DNA from: an uncultured candidate division Zixibacteria bacterium | GTDB lineage: Bacteria > Zixibacteria > MSB-5A5 > RBG-16-43-9 | Reading direction: 5' to 3' | NCBI GenBank assembly: GCA_963713865.1 | Contig: OY970208.1 | Location: 2,659,047-2,723,046, forward strand | DNA length: 64,000 nt | Part shown: positions 22,369 to 34,842 of the stretch, one piece after another | Layout of the letters: every line of letters begins with the position of its first letter | How positions within the stretch are numbered: the stretch's first letter is position 1 | Translations under genes and position numbers: made by a program | Notes under the pieces: model-generated | Databases searched by the model: none | What the model was told of the DNA's origin: nothing | The model's input: the letters and a program-made list of their open reading frames with translations, nothing else

Positions 22369-22663
22369 AAAATTCCTTGGTTGAGAAGCAGGGATATACT
22401 GCAATAAATCATTACTAAACTTTTATCCTTGAGCTATAGGGGCAGGTTTCAAACCTGCCCCTGTCTTTATAATTAATGACTGCCGAAAGGAACCCAATTC
22501 TATAGGTAACGCAAAATTATCAGATTTTCTTCTGGCGTAGAAACTATAATATGATATATTGATTTCGTAAAAACGTGAAAATTAGTTACCAACACAGCGA
22601 AACATGAAATAAAAAAGTTGTCAATCCAAAAACAAGAATCAAAAAACAAAAAAAGATAGAAAT

Positions 22664-24364
22664 ATGAATATGAACAAGACCAGTTCTGCACACCCTTCCG
22701 ATTTTATCCGGGAGATTATCAATGAAGACCTGAGAACCAGCAAATACGGCGGGCGGGTGCAAACCCGATTCCCTCCGGAACCAAATGGCTACCTGCACAT
22801 TGGACACGCCAAATCGATCTGTCTCAATTTTGGTATTGCTGCTCAATACGGAGGTCTATGCAATCTAAGATTTGACGATACTAACCCCAGCAAAGAGGAA
22901 ATCGAATATGTGAAATCGATTAAAGAAGACGTGAGATGGCTTGGGTTCGACTGGGAAGACCGAGAGTTCTATGCTTCAGATTATTTTGACAAGCTTTACG
23001 GCTTTTCAATACAGTTAATCAAAAAAGGTAAAGCTTATGTAGATGATTTAAGTGCAGATGAAATCCGTGAAACCCGGGGAACTTTAACTGAACCCGGTAA
23101 GGAAAGCCCCTATCGTAACCGTTCGGTAGAGGAAAACCTGGACCTGTTTGAAAAGATGCGAAAAGGTAAATATCTGGATGGTTCACGCGTCCTTCGGGCT
23201 AAAATAGATATGGCTTCTGGAAATATAAATATGCGGGACCCGGTTATGTACCGCATCCTTTTTGCAACCCATCACCGCACCGGCGATAAATGGTGCATCT
23301 ACCCGATGTATGATTGGGCACATGGACAGTCGGATTCTATCGAAGGTATCACTCATTCGATATGCACCCTTGAATTTGAGGACCATCGACCTCTGTACGA
23401 CTGGTACGTCGAGCAATTGAGTATCCATCACCCGCAGCAAATAGAATTCGCCCGCCTGAATCTCAGCTATACAGTACTCAGCAAGAGAAAACTTTTACGA
23501 TTAGTAAATGAGGGTTATGTCAGAGGCTGGAATGACCCGCGAATGCCTACCATTTCTGGTTTTAGAAGACGCGGCTACACACCGGAGTCAATCCGGGATT
23601 TTTGTGAGCGTATTGGAGTAGCTAAGCGTGACAGTATCGTTGATATCGCTTTGCTCGAGCACTGCCTGCGGGAAGATCTGAATAAAAGGGCACCAAGGGT
23701 TATGGCAGTATTGCGACCCTTGAAAGTGATTATAGACAATTATCCTGAAGGTCAAGTAGAAGAGCTAGAGGCAATCAATAATCCTGAAGATGCCAGCATG
23801 GGGACTCGCAAGCTTCCTTTTTCACGAGTGCTGTATATCGAGCAGGATGATTTCAGAGAAGTTCCGCCAAAAGGATTTTTCCGACTTTCACCCGGGAACG
23901 AAGTTCGTCTGAAGCACGCCTATATTATCAAATGTGAGCGTGTAGTTAAGGATGAAAAGAGTGGAGAGGTCATTGAACTGCACTGCACTTATGACCCTGA
24001 GACCAAAAGCGGCGAACCCAAAGCTGACCGCAAAGTAAAATCTACTCTTCACTGGGTTTCCGCTCTCCATGCTCTTGAAGCTGAAGTCCGTTTGTTCGAA
24101 CACCTTTTCCTGAAATCAGACCCGGATGACATACCTGAAGGACAGGATTTCAAAACCAATTTGAACCCTAAATCATTGGAGACTTTGACCTCCTGCAAGA
24201 TAGAGCCAGGCTTGAAAATAGCAAAACCAGGAAACAAATATCAGTTCTTAAGACTGGGTTATTTCTGCGTTGACCCTGATTCAACCGAAAAGAAACTCGT
24301 CTTCAACCGGACAGTAACCTTACAGGATACCTGGGCGAAAATTGAGAAAGCACAGAAAAGATAG
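22664..24364 (+). CDS. glnS: Glutamine--tRNA ligase
   Basis: [44 protein letters not shown]. Confidence 0.97.
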   Translation: MNMNKTSSAHPSDFIREIINEDLRTSKYGGRVQTRFPPEPNGYLHIGHAKSICLNFGIAAQYGGLCNLRFDDTNPSKEEIEYVKSIKEDVRWLGFDWEDREFYASDYFDKLYGFSIQLIKKGKAYVDDLSADEIRETRGTLTEPGKESPYRNRSVEENLDLFEKMRKGKYLDGSRVLRAKIDMASGNINMRDPVMYRILFATHHRTGDKWCIYPMYDWAHGQSDSIEGITHSICTLEFEDHRPLYDWYVEQLSIHHPQQIEFARLNLSYTVLSKRKLLRLVNEGYVRGWNDPRMPTISGFRRRGYTPESIRDFCERIGVAKRDSIVDIALLEHCLREDLNKRAPRVMAVLRPLKVIIDNYPEGQVEELEAINNPEDASMGTRKLPFSRVLYIEQDDFREVPPKGFFRLSPGNEVRLKHAYIIKCERVVKDEKSGEVIELHCTYDPETKSGEPKADRKVKSTLHWVSALHALEAEVRLFEHLFLKSDPDDIPEGQDFKTNLNPKSLETLTSCKIEPGLKIAKPGNKYQFLRLGYFCVDPDSTEKKLVFNRTVTLQDTWAKIEKAQKR

Positions 24365-24576
24365 CAGAGAGCAGGTAGCAAGGAGCGAAAAACGAAAAAA
24401 GACTTTGCTTTCGCTGAATGTTATCATCCAGCGATGTAACTATCTCTGTTCTGCCAAGTGAATTTTTCAAGCAAGACCCCCCTGTTCCATTTGGAATTCG
24501 ATTCTGAATGTCCTGGTCTTTTCTTCATGAAAAAATCTGGAAATAGTGAAGGACTAAAAAAACAAAAAAAATTTTC

Positions 24577-24605
24577 TTGACAGACGATATGAGTGGTTTT
24601 ATACT
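24577..24605 (+). promoter_or_regulatory. sigma70-type promoter upstream of the mod-res operon
   Basis: TTGACA-17nt-TATACT. Confidence 0.6.
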
Positions 24606-24735
24606 GGTGCTATAAAAAGAGCAAGGGTTCATTAAATAAATTATATTATGCGCAGAAGCCACCGTGACCGCAGCAGGCTTTGTAGAATTAGTGTGCAAAA
24701 TCGCAGAGTTCATTTCCCATTTACCGTCTTGAATC

Positions 24736-26717
24736 ATGAGTGAGCAAAACAACAAATACATCTTCGGCCCGGACAACCCGCACCCTTTAAGTACACGCAG
24801 GACTGAGCTTATCTGGGAAGGCAAGTATGACGAGTATGGCAACCGCCGTGAGGTGGATATAGCCGGCATGGCGATGCCCATGCAGAAGATTGAAACCATT
24901 GACGAGCCGGCAAGCCTGATGAAAGCCGCAGGTGACCAATTTGGACTTGACCTGCTTGAGAAGAAAAAGAAAGATGATTTCCGCAACATGCTCATCTGGG
25001 GCGATAACAAGCTCGTGATGGCGAGCCTACTCAAAGACTTCAAAGGCAAGATTGACCTCATTTATATTGACCCGCCGTTCGATGTTGGCGCCGATTTTAC
25101 GATGGATATTGCCATTGGCGACGGCAAGGAGACACTTGAGAAAGACCAGAGCACGCTTGAGATGGTTGCATACAGAGATATGTGGGGAAAGGGAACAGAC
25201 TCGTATCTGCATATGATGTACGAACGATTCACTCTCATGAAAGATTTATTGAATGAGAGCGGGAGCATTTACGTGCATTGCGACTGGCGGATGAACACTT
25301 ATCTAAAGTTGGTGCTTGGCGAAGTATTCGGAGAAGACCGTTTTCAGAATGAGGTAGTGTGGAAACGTTCAACGCCCACCGGTGGAAAAACAAAATCAAA
25401 AATGTTCCCAAGAGACTACGACTCAATACTTCTCTACTCAAAGACCGATAATCGGGTCTTCAAAAATCTATATGTACCATATACCCAAGAGTACATTGAT
25501 AAATTCTTTCACTACAAGGATGAAAACGGGAGAAGATTTATGTCCCAGACTCTGGGTGACTATTCCCAAGAATCCATATAACTAAGGGTGGGAGTAAGAG
25601 GCTGAAATATTATCTCGATGAGGCAAAAGGATTGCTCGTGGATGACTTTTGGAGTGATATTCGAAATGTAAGACAGGAAGCCGTTAGAAATATGCATGAA
25701 AGCGAGATGGTAGATTTTCCAACTCAAAAACCGGAATCCTTGATTGAAAGAATTATCTTAGCTTCTTCAAATGAAGATGCTATTATTGCTGACTTCTTCT
25801 GTGGCTCAGGCACGACTGGCGCAGTTGCGGAACGGCTTGGTCGGCGATGGATAATGAGCGACCTCGGTCGCTTTGCCATCCACTCGTCCCGTAAACGTCT
25901 CATCGAGTTGCAGCGCAAGTTGCACGATGAAGACAAGCCATATCGTGCGTTTGATGTCTTCAATCTTGGTCGGTACGAGAGGCAATGGTGGCAAAAGGAA
26001 CGGCTTAAAGGTGCAGATGAAGAACATCGCAAGGTCGTGCTCGGATTCTACAAGGCGGAACTTCTCACAAACGCACGCTCACCATTGCTCCACGGCAGAA
26101 AGGGTCCTGCTCTCGTACACGTGGATGGAATCGACAGCATGCTCAGTCGCAGCGAAGTACGAGCCGTTGCCGCTGCTGCCAAGGAAGCTGGAGCGAAAGA
26201 AGTACATTGCCTTGCATGGGAATTCGAGATGGACTTGCGGCTCGTCTGCAACGAGATCGAGCATGCCGAGGGAATTAAGATCAAACTCATTCCCATCCCT
26301 CGTGAGATCATGGAAAAGAACCGGACGAGCCCGCCGCCGTTCCTTGAGGTTGCGATCCTTGAGGCACAGCCCGTGTATCACAAACAAGATGGCAAACGAA
26401 CAGTGGACATAAAGCTCACGAAATTCTTACCATCACTCGCTGAAGTGCCAAGCAAAGAGTTAGAGGTACTTCGTGAGCGGGTCATCAAGAGCGGATTCGA
26501 CTTTATCGACTTCTGGGCAGTGGACTTTGACTATCAGGATGGGCAACCCTTTGAACATCATTGGCAAGCATACCGCACTCGCAAAGATAGAAGCTTGCCG
26601 CTTGTTTCGAATCAAGAATATATTTATCCGAAGTCAGGAAATTACACAGCGTGTGTGAAAGTGATTGACGTCTTTGGATGCGATACCTCTATTTCGGTGG
26701 AGGTGAAGTATGAGTAG
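24736..26717 (+). pseudogene. mod: Type III R-M methyltransferase (Mod, beta-class N6-adenine), disrupted near 25575
   Basis: IYIDPPF (motif IV) in first piece; FPTQKPE and DFFCGSGTT (motif I) in second; second frame open from [15 protein letters not shown]. Confidence 0.85.
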
Positions 26718-29700
26718 TCCGGTAGTCAATGTATCCGCACTCGAACCTTTGTTCGCTCCTCATGAAGAACCAACCAAGCATCGTATGCGTGCACTGCGTG
26801 AAGGAGAACCGGCACAGATCGTTCCCATCCGCCGTCCAAGTCCTATTCAAATTGCACAAAATCTCCGCCATGCCGTCCGAGAATGGCGTGAAAATGATTA
26901 CCCAGGTGCATCAGATACCACAAGAGAATTGCTTCATCACTGGTTTTTCCGTGATCATACATTTACAGCACCTGATGGGGAAACATATCCTTTCCGCTAC
27001 TACTTCTGTCAGCGTGAAGCGATTGAATCGCTTATTTACCTGATGGAAGTCCGTAGCCTCACAACAATCTCCGGTATAACAGCCGAGTTTGGCGGTGAGA
27101 ATAGTGAAACAGCCGCACTTGGAATCGATCCAGACGAAGACCGCTGGGCTAAATATGCTTTCAAGCTCGCAACCGGAGCAGGGAAAACTAAGGTGATGAG
27201 TTTGGCAATCGTTTGGAGCTACTTTCATACTTTGCGTGAGTCTGATTCTCCAATGGTAAAACACTTCGTTGTCATAGCTCCCAACCTCACCGTGTTCGAA
27301 CGCTTGCGCCAAGACTTTGGCAACGGTAAGATATTTGATGATGATCCATTGATACCTGTTGCATGGAAAGGCGATTGGAATCTATCAGTTGTTCTCCAAG
27401 ATGAAGCCAGTGGCGCCGCCACTGGTGGCGTACTCTACCTGACAAACATTCATCGGCTCTACGACCCCAACAAAAAGGGCAAGAGAGAAGCAGATACATA
27501 TGAATTTGTGGGTCCACCCGTCTCAAAGGCAAGAGCTTTGGATACCGGTGAGGAATTGAGAGATCGGATCACCTCTCATCGAAAGGTGATGCTACTTAAT
27601 GATGAGGCTCACCATGTATGGGATCCCGATTCGGCATGGAACGAAGCAATAGTTTATCTTCATGGTACGTTGCAGAAGCGTGGAGGCAATGGATTGATAG
27701 CACAGATGGACTTCTCTGCAACTCCCAAAGACAACAAGGGACGAATCTTTAAGCATGTCATATGCGATACACCGCTGGGTGAAGCAGTTGATGGTGGAAT
27801 CATAAAGACTCCGATTATTGGGCGAGGTCAAAAACTTACCGAGCGAGCAAGCGATGATGCTTCACTCAAGTACGAGCAACATTTGAGGATTGGCTACGAA
27901 CGATGGTTGAAGTCAAAGGAGGAATGGGAACAAAGTGGCAAGAAGGCGTTGATGTTCGTGATGACCAATGACACCGATGACGCTAATGCGATTGCGAGGA
28001 GGCTCGATAGTGATCCTGTTTTCAAAGAACTCAATGGCAAGACCGTTAATCTGCACACCAACCTGAAAGGAAAGCTGAAGAAGGTTGGCAAAGGTGAGAG
28101 TGCAACAGTTGTCTTCATTGAAGACGAGAAGGCAATCAGCGACGAAGACCTCAAGGAACTTCGGAAGCTTTCTCGTGAGCTTGATTCGAACAAAAGCCCG
28201 TACCGCTGCATTGTCTCGGTCTTGATGTTGCGAGAAGGTTGGGACGTTCGCAATGTCACTACAATCGTTCCGCTGAGACCGTACAGCTCGAAGGCAAACA
28301 TCCTACCTGAACAGACTCTTGGTCGTGGCTTGCGTCGCATGACACCGCCGGGACCAGAACAAGCGAACGAGATTGTAACAGTTGTTGAGCACAGTGCTTT
28401 TGTTAGTCTCTACAAAGAGCAATTGAGTCAAGAGGGTCTTGACATCGAAGTCATCGATGTTGAAAAAGTACCGAAAACCACGGTTACGGTATTTGTCGAT
28501 AAGAACAAAGACCTAAAGAAGCTTGATCTGTTGTTGCCTCAGTTAAGCGGTGGGTTCAGGCGAATACCGGTAATTGATAACCTGACTCTTGATGATGTGA
28601 AGAAAGAGTTCTCAAAATACAAACCGCTACCAGTGGGAGAAATAAGGTCGACCGAAATACAATATGAAGGAAGACATCTCATCACGAACGAGATTGTCGA
28701 GCAAATGAAGATACAGCTTCCGCTGCTTGAGAGCGGCATCGGAGCCATCTCATTCTTCAGAGAAGAGTTGGAGAAGCTGGCAAGTCTCAAAGGCACTCAT
28801 CAGGTATTGGCTCCACTCATAGAAAGTTTTCTGACGGAAATCCTCTTTGAGCAAAAGCTCGATCTCTTCAATCAACGGCTCGTCAATCGCCTTGCTGATG
28901 CAGACGTGCGAGAGCATGTTCGGGCAACATTTGTTCCCCTCCTTCTGGCGAAGACAACTTTCGTTCAAGAACGTTTACCGGAAGAACAACCAATTTCAGT
29001 GACAACGTGGAAGCCGTTTCAAGTCACGCATTCAGAAAACCACCCAACCATACCAGCCGACAATACGCCGTTCAACCTTGTGCCGTGTAACAGGGAATTC
29101 GAAGTAGCAATGACATCATTCCTCGATAAAGCCCCGGACGTTGCGGCATTCTGCAAGAATGCTGGGCCGCAGTGCCTGAGGATAGACACCTTGACAGGAA
29201 GCGGACGGTTGGCATTCTACACTGCTGATTTTATCGTGCGCAAGTCCGACGGCCATTACCTCTTGGTCGAAACAAAGGGACGTGAGGACAAGGACGTTTC
29301 ACTCAAGGCACGTGCGGCAATGGGATGGTGCAAGGCAGCGTCGGGCAAGGTTAAATGGGAATATCTTTATGTGCCGCAAGAAATCTTCCACATGTTCGAC
29401 TCGAACAAGATTGGTGATCTCGTCAGAACCTGTGTCCCATCTTTGACCAGACTAATAGAAGAAGATGTCAGGCCCCAGCTGGCGCTTGCCTTTGAGGAGC
29501 CAACGTCCGCCGAAGTTGCCGGGATTGAAGCATTTATCAATCGAGAGGCTTTCCAGAAGCTGCCTACCCGATATCAAAAAGCTATTGAACAAGCAGTAGT
29601 GCTTTTTAAATTTCTTGAGAAGAAAAAGGATGTATCCTTTTCGCCTGCATTCACTTCGCTTCTTGGACCGTTAGACGAAGCTGCTCGTGGTTTGATTTTG

Positions 29701-30111
29701 GATGCGCTGTTGCCTTACGTCCCAAAGACGACTCAAGACCAAAAATCATTCTTTGACCCATACTACAAAAACCTACACGAAAGGGATCAGCTCTGGCTTA
29801 AACGTCATGGAAGCAACTTGAAACGCACGTTGATCGATAGAAACGGTCTATGGCCCTCGGGCTTGCTGCAATTCTGCCTTGAGTATGCTCTTAACAGAAA
29901 ATATGAAGTTGGCGGTGTGTTTGAGGCTGTAATAGAAGCCTTTTTAGAGTATGTAAAGCAAGGATTACTTCAAACTATAAGCCAGATTACAGATTTCAGA
30001 AACAAATATGTGGCGCATCAAGAGATGGAGCTTACAGACCCGACTATTGCTTCCGATGGTCTGAAGATGTGGGTGAATGGACTCTTGAAGTTATACATAG
30101 CACACCATTGA
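26710..30111 (+). CDS. res: Type III restriction endonuclease Res subunit (SF2 helicase plus PD-(D/E)xK nuclease)
   Basis: [36 protein letters not shown]...LVETKG; overlaps mod stop. Confidence 0.88.
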   Translation: MSSPVVNVSALEPLFAPHEEPTKHRMRALREGEPAQIVPIRRPSPIQIAQNLRHAVREWRENDYPGASDTTRELLHHWFFRDHTFTAPDGETYPFRYYFCQREAIESLIYLMEVRSLTTISGITAEFGGENSETAALGIDPDEDRWAKYAFKLATGAGKTKVMSLAIVWSYFHTLRESDSPMVKHFVVIAPNLTVFERLRQDFGNGKIFDDDPLIPVAWKGDWNLSVVLQDEASGAATGGVLYLTNIHRLYDPNKKGKREADTYEFVGPPVSKARALDTGEELRDRITSHRKVMLLNDEAHHVWDPDSAWNEAIVYLHGTLQKRGGNGLIAQMDFSATPKDNKGRIFKHVICDTPLGEAVDGGIIKTPIIGRGQKLTERASDDASLKYEQHLRIGYERWLKSKEEWEQSGKKALMFVMTNDTDDANAIARRLDSDPVFKELNGKTVNLHTNLKGKLKKVGKGESATVVFIEDEKAISDEDLKELRKLSRELDSNKSPYRCIVSVLMLREGWDVRNVTTIVPLRPYSSKANILPEQTLGRGLRRMTPPGPEQANEIVTVVEHSAFVSLYKEQLSQEGLDIEVIDVEKVPKTTVTVFVDKNKDLKKLDLLLPQLSGGFRRIPVIDNLTLDDVKKEFSKYKPLPVGEIRSTEIQYEGRHLITNEIVEQMKIQLPLLESGIGAISFFREELEKLASLKGTHQVLAPLIESFLTEILFEQKLDLFNQRLVNRLADADVREHVRATFVPLLLAKTTFVQERLPEEQPISVTTWKPFQVTHSENHPTIPADNTPFNLVPCNREFEVAMTSFLDKAPDVAAFCKNAGPQCLRIDTLTGSGRLAFYTADFIVRKSDGHYLLVETKGREDKDVSLKARAAMGWCKAASGKVKWEYLYVPQEIFHMFDSNKIGDLVRTCVPSLTRLIEEDVRPQLALAFEEPTSAEVAGIEAFINREAFQKLPTRYQKAIEQAVVLFKFLEKKKDVSFSPAFTSLLGPLDEAARGLILDALLPYVPKTTQDQKSFFDPYYKNLHERDQLWLKRHGSNLKRTLIDRNGLWPSGLLQFCLEYALNRKYEVGGVFEAVIEAFLEYVKQGLLQTISQITDFRNKYVAHQEMELTDPTIASDGLKMWVNGLLKLYIAHH

Positions 30112-30209
30112 GCAAGTAAGTCAGATTTCTTAAGCACATTACAGATTAGCAAGTCAGGAACACAGGCTCCTGACCTACGGAATGTTTTAATCCAACATGG
30201 GGATAATCT

Positions 30210-30554
30210 ATGTATGAACACAAGACCCAACCGCTACTTCCTAAACATCTTTACATTCGCCGCCTAATTGGGCACATACTAATTGCTGTATTGGTGATTT
30301 TTGCATCACTATTAATTGGAATCGTCGGTTACCATTTTACCGAGGGCCTCCCTTGGCTCGACTCTCTTTTGAATGCCTCGATGATCTTAGGCGGTATGGG
30401 ACCGGTGAATGAGCTTCATACCAATGGAGGTAAATTTTTTGCGTCCTTCTACTCCCTCTTTTCCGGGATTATCTTCTTAGTAACCGTAGGAATCCTTATA
30501 GCCCCAGTTGTCCATCGTTTTCTACATCGCTTGCACCTGGAGGAAAAAGACTAA
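30210..30554 (+). CDS. Small two-TM protein resembling a K-channel pore module
   Basis: TM-GYHFTEGLPWLDSLLNASMILGGMG-TM architecture. Confidence 0.6.
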   Translation: MYEHKTQPLLPKHLYIRRLIGHILIAVLVIFASLLIGIVGYHFTEGLPWLDSLLNASMILGGMGPVNELHTNGGKFFASFYSLFSGIIFLVTVGILIAPVVHRFLHRLHLEEKD

Positions 30555-30559
30555 TAGAC

Positions 30560-30898
30560 ATGAAAGCAGAAATGCAAAAAACATCTCAATGCTCTTCTTT
30601 TAGCCAGAAAGTAAAAAAAATCATCCAGAAGATACCCAAAGGCAAAGTTACCACCTACGGTCAGATTGCGGCACTGGCAGGTGACCCCCGTGCAACTCGT
30701 CAGGTTGTGTGGATACTAAATTCTTCTTCTCAAAAAGATAAATTGCCCTGGCATAGGGTGGTCAACCGTAAAGGACGGATATCTTTGAAACCAAACTATG
30801 GTTACGAAATTCAGAAGATGCTATTACAGAAAGAAGGTATAAAGTTTAACAAAAATGATATTATAGATTTCGACCTTTATCTTTGGATTCCTTCTTAA
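30560..30898 (+). CDS. MGMT-family alkyltransferase-like protein (Atl/YbaZ-type)
   Basis: IPKGKVTTYGQIA and LPWHRVVN (Trp in place of the catalytic Cys of PCHR). Confidence 0.9.
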   Translation: MKAEMQKTSQCSSFSQKVKKIIQKIPKGKVTTYGQIAALAGDPRATRQVVWILNSSSQKDKLPWHRVVNRKGRISLKPNYGYEIQKMLLQKEGIKFNKNDIIDFDLYLWIPS

Positions 30899-30983
30899 AG
30901 GTAGCCGCAGGCTTTAGCCTGCGTAAACACAACCTGTCCAAATGGATACATTCTGGAAAGATTGCGGTTACTATGTAATACTT

Positions 30984-31805
30984 TATATGTGCCTGTCGGG
31001 TCCCCTGACCCGACAGATAATTTCGTCCTAAGCGTGAAGAAAAGCTGTCCGCCAGCTCGGTGGACCTGACAGCCACAACTACAATATCTGTTTAATGCCA
31101 ATTATTAGGTGTCAGGAACACAGGACTCCTGACCCATTACTTAAAACGGATAAAATGACCCAGCCACAGCATAAATCCAATCATCACCACGTGCAAAATC
31201 CACCACCCGGTTCGTCCGCGAATAAAATATTTCAGCATTGGTTTATCTCCATAAAAAATGTCCCAGGGAAAACACCGCGGTAAGATAGATAAAATGTCTT
31301 ATCCACCAGCTGAGGGTAAACATCCGGCCTAATCCCGCGGGGTAAAAATGCGATAAAATCATCTGCCCGATGAAAAGCTTTGAGAAAAGAATCAGAATAT
31401 CCGCCAAGGTGGTTTTGAATATTACGCTGGCAAAAGTCAACGGCTCTGGCAATGCGTAAAGGCTGAAGGTGGCCATAGCAACTGCACCAATTATCACTCC
31501 CACCCCATTAAATAGATAGGCGATGATGACCGTTTTTTTGTAGTTGAACAACAGTGGCGTAAGAAGGACATCGAATAACCCAAGTAAAAAAGGTACAAAA
31601 TTGGATGGATTTACCGAAATGTGATGAATGCGAAAATGAAGCATCCATCCACCTAAAGATAAAAACACAAGTGCCAGGATCGGTCCTCTGATTTCTTTTT
31701 TGAATGTCATATCTTGCCTCCTTTCTGATAGTGCGGGAATATATGTGCCTGTTGGGTCCCCTGACCCGACAGGTAATTTCGTTCCGAGAGTGGACAAAAA
31801 CTGCT
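30984..31805. repeat. About 65-bp direct repeats (30984-31049, 31740-31805) built on the gtcgggtcccctgacccgac palindrome
   Basis: tatatgtgcctgt(c/t)gggtcccctgacccgacag(a/g)taatttcgt in both copies. Confidence 0.85.
31243..31710 (-). CDS. Hypothetical integral membrane protein
   Basis: RBS ggagg before ATG 31710 (MTFKKEIRG); about 5 hydrophobic segments. Confidence 0.7.
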   Translation of the reverse strand: MTFKKEIRGPILALVFLSLGGWMLHFRIHHISVNPSNFVPFLLGLFDVLLTPLLFNYKKTVIIAYLFNGVGVIIGAVAMATFSLYALPEPLTFASVIFKTTLADILILFSKLFIGQMILSHFYPAGLGRMFTLSWWIRHFIYLTAVFSLGHFLWR

Positions 31806-31923
31806 CACCTTACCCTCTTTAGTCCCCCTCTCTTTCTAAGAGAGGGGGCAGGGGTGAGTTCAAAAATCTCTCTTGCATCAGAATAGTGTCAAAAGCATAG
31901 AGTTCTTGCCCTTCATTACTTAG

Positions 31924-32481
31924 TTAAGGCAATGGATGGTAATCCGTATAACCTTCCGGTGGAGGCTGGGCTTTGTTCATGCGAATGATGGAATAGCCAA
32001 GATTGGAATTTATTACCGCCTCTCTCAGCTTCCACAACGATGGCATAATTCTCAACTCAACGTCGTGTTCCAGTAATGCAGCCAGAATATTATCGATTTT
32101 AGTCTCAGCCATGGGAATAGCTGGTTTGCGTGAAATCCAGTAGCCCGCAACTTCATCCACCAGAATGAAGCCTTTGGGATCGAATTCATATTTGTATAGA
32201 CATTTTTTTTGAATCTCAGACAAACAGCCAGCTTCTATGGCTACAATATGCTTGGCAGAGGTTTCACCCATCAACCTCTTTACATCTTCCGGGTCACTGT
32301 TAGGTGCGGTAAAAAAGGTCACCCTGGGACAATTTCGCGGGAGCAGGTAATTGTGCAGATGTTCAAAATCGACAGCCCAAACCATCAAGCCTTTTTGCCT
32401 GGCACTCGGGTGTGGTGCGGGTCGAGGATCAAACTGTTTAATCCCTGGTTTATCGCTAATATGATATAGTCTGATTTTCAT
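31924..32481 (-). CDS. Conserved hypothetical protein (DUF6886-like)
   Basis: LYHISDKPGI..F.PR, VWAVD, NYLLPRNCPRV, SIIRM motifs. Confidence 0.65.
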   Translation of the reverse strand: MKIRLYHISDKPGIKQFDPRPAPHPSARQKGLMVWAVDFEHLHNYLLPRNCPRVTFFTAPNSDPEDVKRLMGETSAKHIVAIEAGCLSEIQKKCLYKYEFDPKGFILVDEVAGYWISRKPAIPMAETKIDNILAALLEHDVELRIMPSLWKLREAVINSNLGYSIIRMNKAQPPPEGYTDYHPLP

Positions 32482-32623
32482 CTGTTGTCAAATTGGATTT
32501 GCAGGTCAAACATTTTTTTGGTCTTGTCAGGAGCACACTGCTTTTGAACTACACCTTTCTATTAGGTGTCATCAAAGATAACCGCAGTTTCTATCCTGTA
32601 CAAGCTTGACCTAAAGATTGCGG

Positions 32624-34084
32624 CTACCTTGTTTTAATAAACTCCACCGCTTTTTCAATCCTTTTTAGCACTTCCTCTTTTCCTAAAAGCTCTAAGATGT
32701 CAAAAAGCGGAGGTCCACCTGAGACTCCAGTAGTTGCGAGTCGAAGAGGGTGAATCAATAATGATGGCTCTATTTTCAAATCCTCTGCAAATTTACGCAG
32801 TGTCTCTTCTATCTTATCTTTCTTGAAATCAGACAGAGCAGACAATCGCTCTGCAAAAACATTCAACCTATTCGCAGATTCAGGCGAATTGAAGGTTTTA
32901 CTTGCCGCTATTGGCTCATACTGATAGTCAAACCCAAAAAGGTATTTACCCTTTTCTGCGAAATCTTTCAAGGTTTTACATCTTTCCTTGAGAATGGAAA
33001 CGTATTTCAAAAACCAGTCTTTTTTCTGTTCAATTATTTCTTTAGTCGCCAAATTCTCCTGAATCAGGAAAGGAGCAATCAGGTCAACCAGCTTTTCATT
33101 ATCACATGCTCTGATATACTCCCCGTTCATCCACAAAAGCTTCTCCATATCGAAAATGGGATTGGAGGGATTTACTGCCTCCAAAGAAAAAAGCTCGATC
33201 ATTTCATTTTTAGAGAGGAGCTCCCTTTCATCTTTGGGCGACCAGCCCAGAAGAGCCAGGAAATTCAAAAGCACTTCCGGAAGGAAACCGAGATTCCGAT
33301 AATCGGTAACTGCCACCGCTCCATGCCTTTTCGATATTTTTGCCCTGTCCTTTCCTAAAATCAACGGGATATGCGCAAATTGAGGTGGTTCAATTTTCAA
33401 AGCTCTATAGATCAAGACCTGCTTGAAAGTATTGGCAATATGGTCATTCCCCCGGATCACATGAGAGATTTTCATCTCAATATCATCCACCACGCAGGCC
33501 AAGTTGTAAGTGGGAGTCCCATTTGATCTTAAGATAACCAGATCATCAAGATCATTGTTTCCTTTTTTCAGCTCCCCGTATACTATATCTTTGAAAGTGG
33601 TCTCTACTTCTGGAACCAACAGCCTGACTGCTTTGGGGATTCCGCTTTTTTCCTTTTCCTCTCTTTCTTTATCCGAAAGCTTAAGGCAGGTGCGGTCGTA
33701 TTTTGCGTCAATCTTTTCCGCCATTGCCTTTTTTCTTTTCTCTTCTAAAATTTCAGGTGCGCAGAAACAGAAATAAGCCTTTTTCTCGGCTAAAAGCTTC
33801 TGGACGTATTCCTGATACTTTTTTAATCTCTGGGATTGATAATAGGGTCCCTCATCCCAGTCCAAACCCAACCATCTCAAGCTGTCCAGGATTACATCCA
33901 CCATCTCCGGCGTGGACCTGGCTACATCCGTATCCTCGATCCTCAGGATAAATTTCCCCTGATTATGCCTGGCAAAAAGATAGTTGTAGATATTGGTGCG
34001 GGCATTACCCACGTGCAGAAAACCGGTTGGACTGGGGGCAATCCTTACTCTTATTTCTGTAAGGTTTTTAGCTATTTTATTCAT
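32624..34084 (-). CDS. gltX: Glutamate--tRNA ligase
   Basis: RIAPSPTGFLHVGN, LRIEDTD, KISKRHG, ALLGWS. Confidence 0.96.
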   Translation of the reverse strand: MNKIAKNLTEIRVRIAPSPTGFLHVGNARTNIYNYLFARHNQGKFILRIEDTDVARSTPEMVDVILDSLRWLGLDWDEGPYYQSQRLKKYQEYVQKLLAEKKAYFCFCAPEILEEKRKKAMAEKIDAKYDRTCLKLSDKEREEKEKSGIPKAVRLLVPEVETTFKDIVYGELKKGNNDLDDLVILRSNGTPTYNLACVVDDIEMKISHVIRGNDHIANTFKQVLIYRALKIEPPQFAHIPLILGKDRAKISKRHGAVAVTDYRNLGFLPEVLLNFLALLGWSPKDERELLSKNEMIELFSLEAVNPSNPIFDMEKLLWMNGEYIRACDNEKLVDLIAPFLIQENLATKEIIEQKKDWFLKYVSILKERCKTLKDFAEKGKYLFGFDYQYEPIAASKTFNSPESANRLNVFAERLSALSDFKKDKIEETLRKFAEDLKIEPSLLIHPLRLATTGVSGGPPLFDILELLGKEEVLKRIEKAVEFIKTR

Positions 34085-34086
34085 AC

Positions 34087-34447
34087 TTAAAACTTTTTGG
34101 CGAGCTTCTCCTCTTTCAGCTCAAGCCTTTCCCCTTCAAAATCAAATCTGATCCCTCCTACTGCTTTTGCTAAAATATTATAGAGCCAGAACGAAAAAGG
34201 CAGTGAAGAGCGAGCCGACCACTGCATAAAATAAAGCCAGGAAAAAAGCGGTGAAGACTCCCACAAAACCTGAAAAAAGCCCGCTTAAGGAGCCAAATTC
34301 TTTCCCTCCAAAACTGCTTAAAATCCCTCCCACAAAAGTCAAAAGGATGGCATAGAATATCCCGATGATTAAGCCGAAAATCCCATACAGGATAAACGTG
34401 ATTTTCACGCAGGACCAGATATCGATCTTTTTAAGCTCTAAGTTCAT
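34087..34447 (-). CDS. DUF3566-type membrane protein, frameshift near 34190
   Basis: LKKIDIWSCVK N-terminus; alternate frame continues WLYNILAKAVGGIRFDFE to stop at 34087. Confidence 0.7.
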
Positions 34448-34587
34448 ACCTCCCCCGGGTTATAGGGTTAATTTTAAGTTGTTTTCTAGATAAATTGAAA
34501 TTGAAACCTTATTTTTTACTTTATCTCATAAAAGTTAAATTTATGCTCAATCAATCAGGTTGTCAAGAAATTACTTTTACATCTTGC

Positions 34588-34672
34588 TGTCATTGCAAGC
34601 GACTAAGAGGAGCGAAGCAATCTTTTTACTCTGTTAGGATAGCTTCGTCGTTTAGGCTCCCCGCAATGACAG
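34588..34672. repeat. tgtcattgc...gcaatgaca palindromic element
   Basis: Same family as 51469-51560. Confidence 0.75.
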
Positions 34673-34842
34673 TGTTGTTGTCTGAGAAGCGGATCCAGAG
34701 CAAGTCTCCGCAGGATAGGAAAGGTTTACACCCCAGAGCCAAATTGTTAATAAAATCTAACTATAATCCCTATATTCTCCATTGCTTAAATGAAAACTTT
34801 CGTATAAATTCTTAATATATGAACCTTTTGAAAGGAGCCCTT

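Noticed and set aside
31711-31797. Upstream extension of the membrane-protein ORF
   Set aside because: It translates a REP palindrome; the RBS supports ATG 31710
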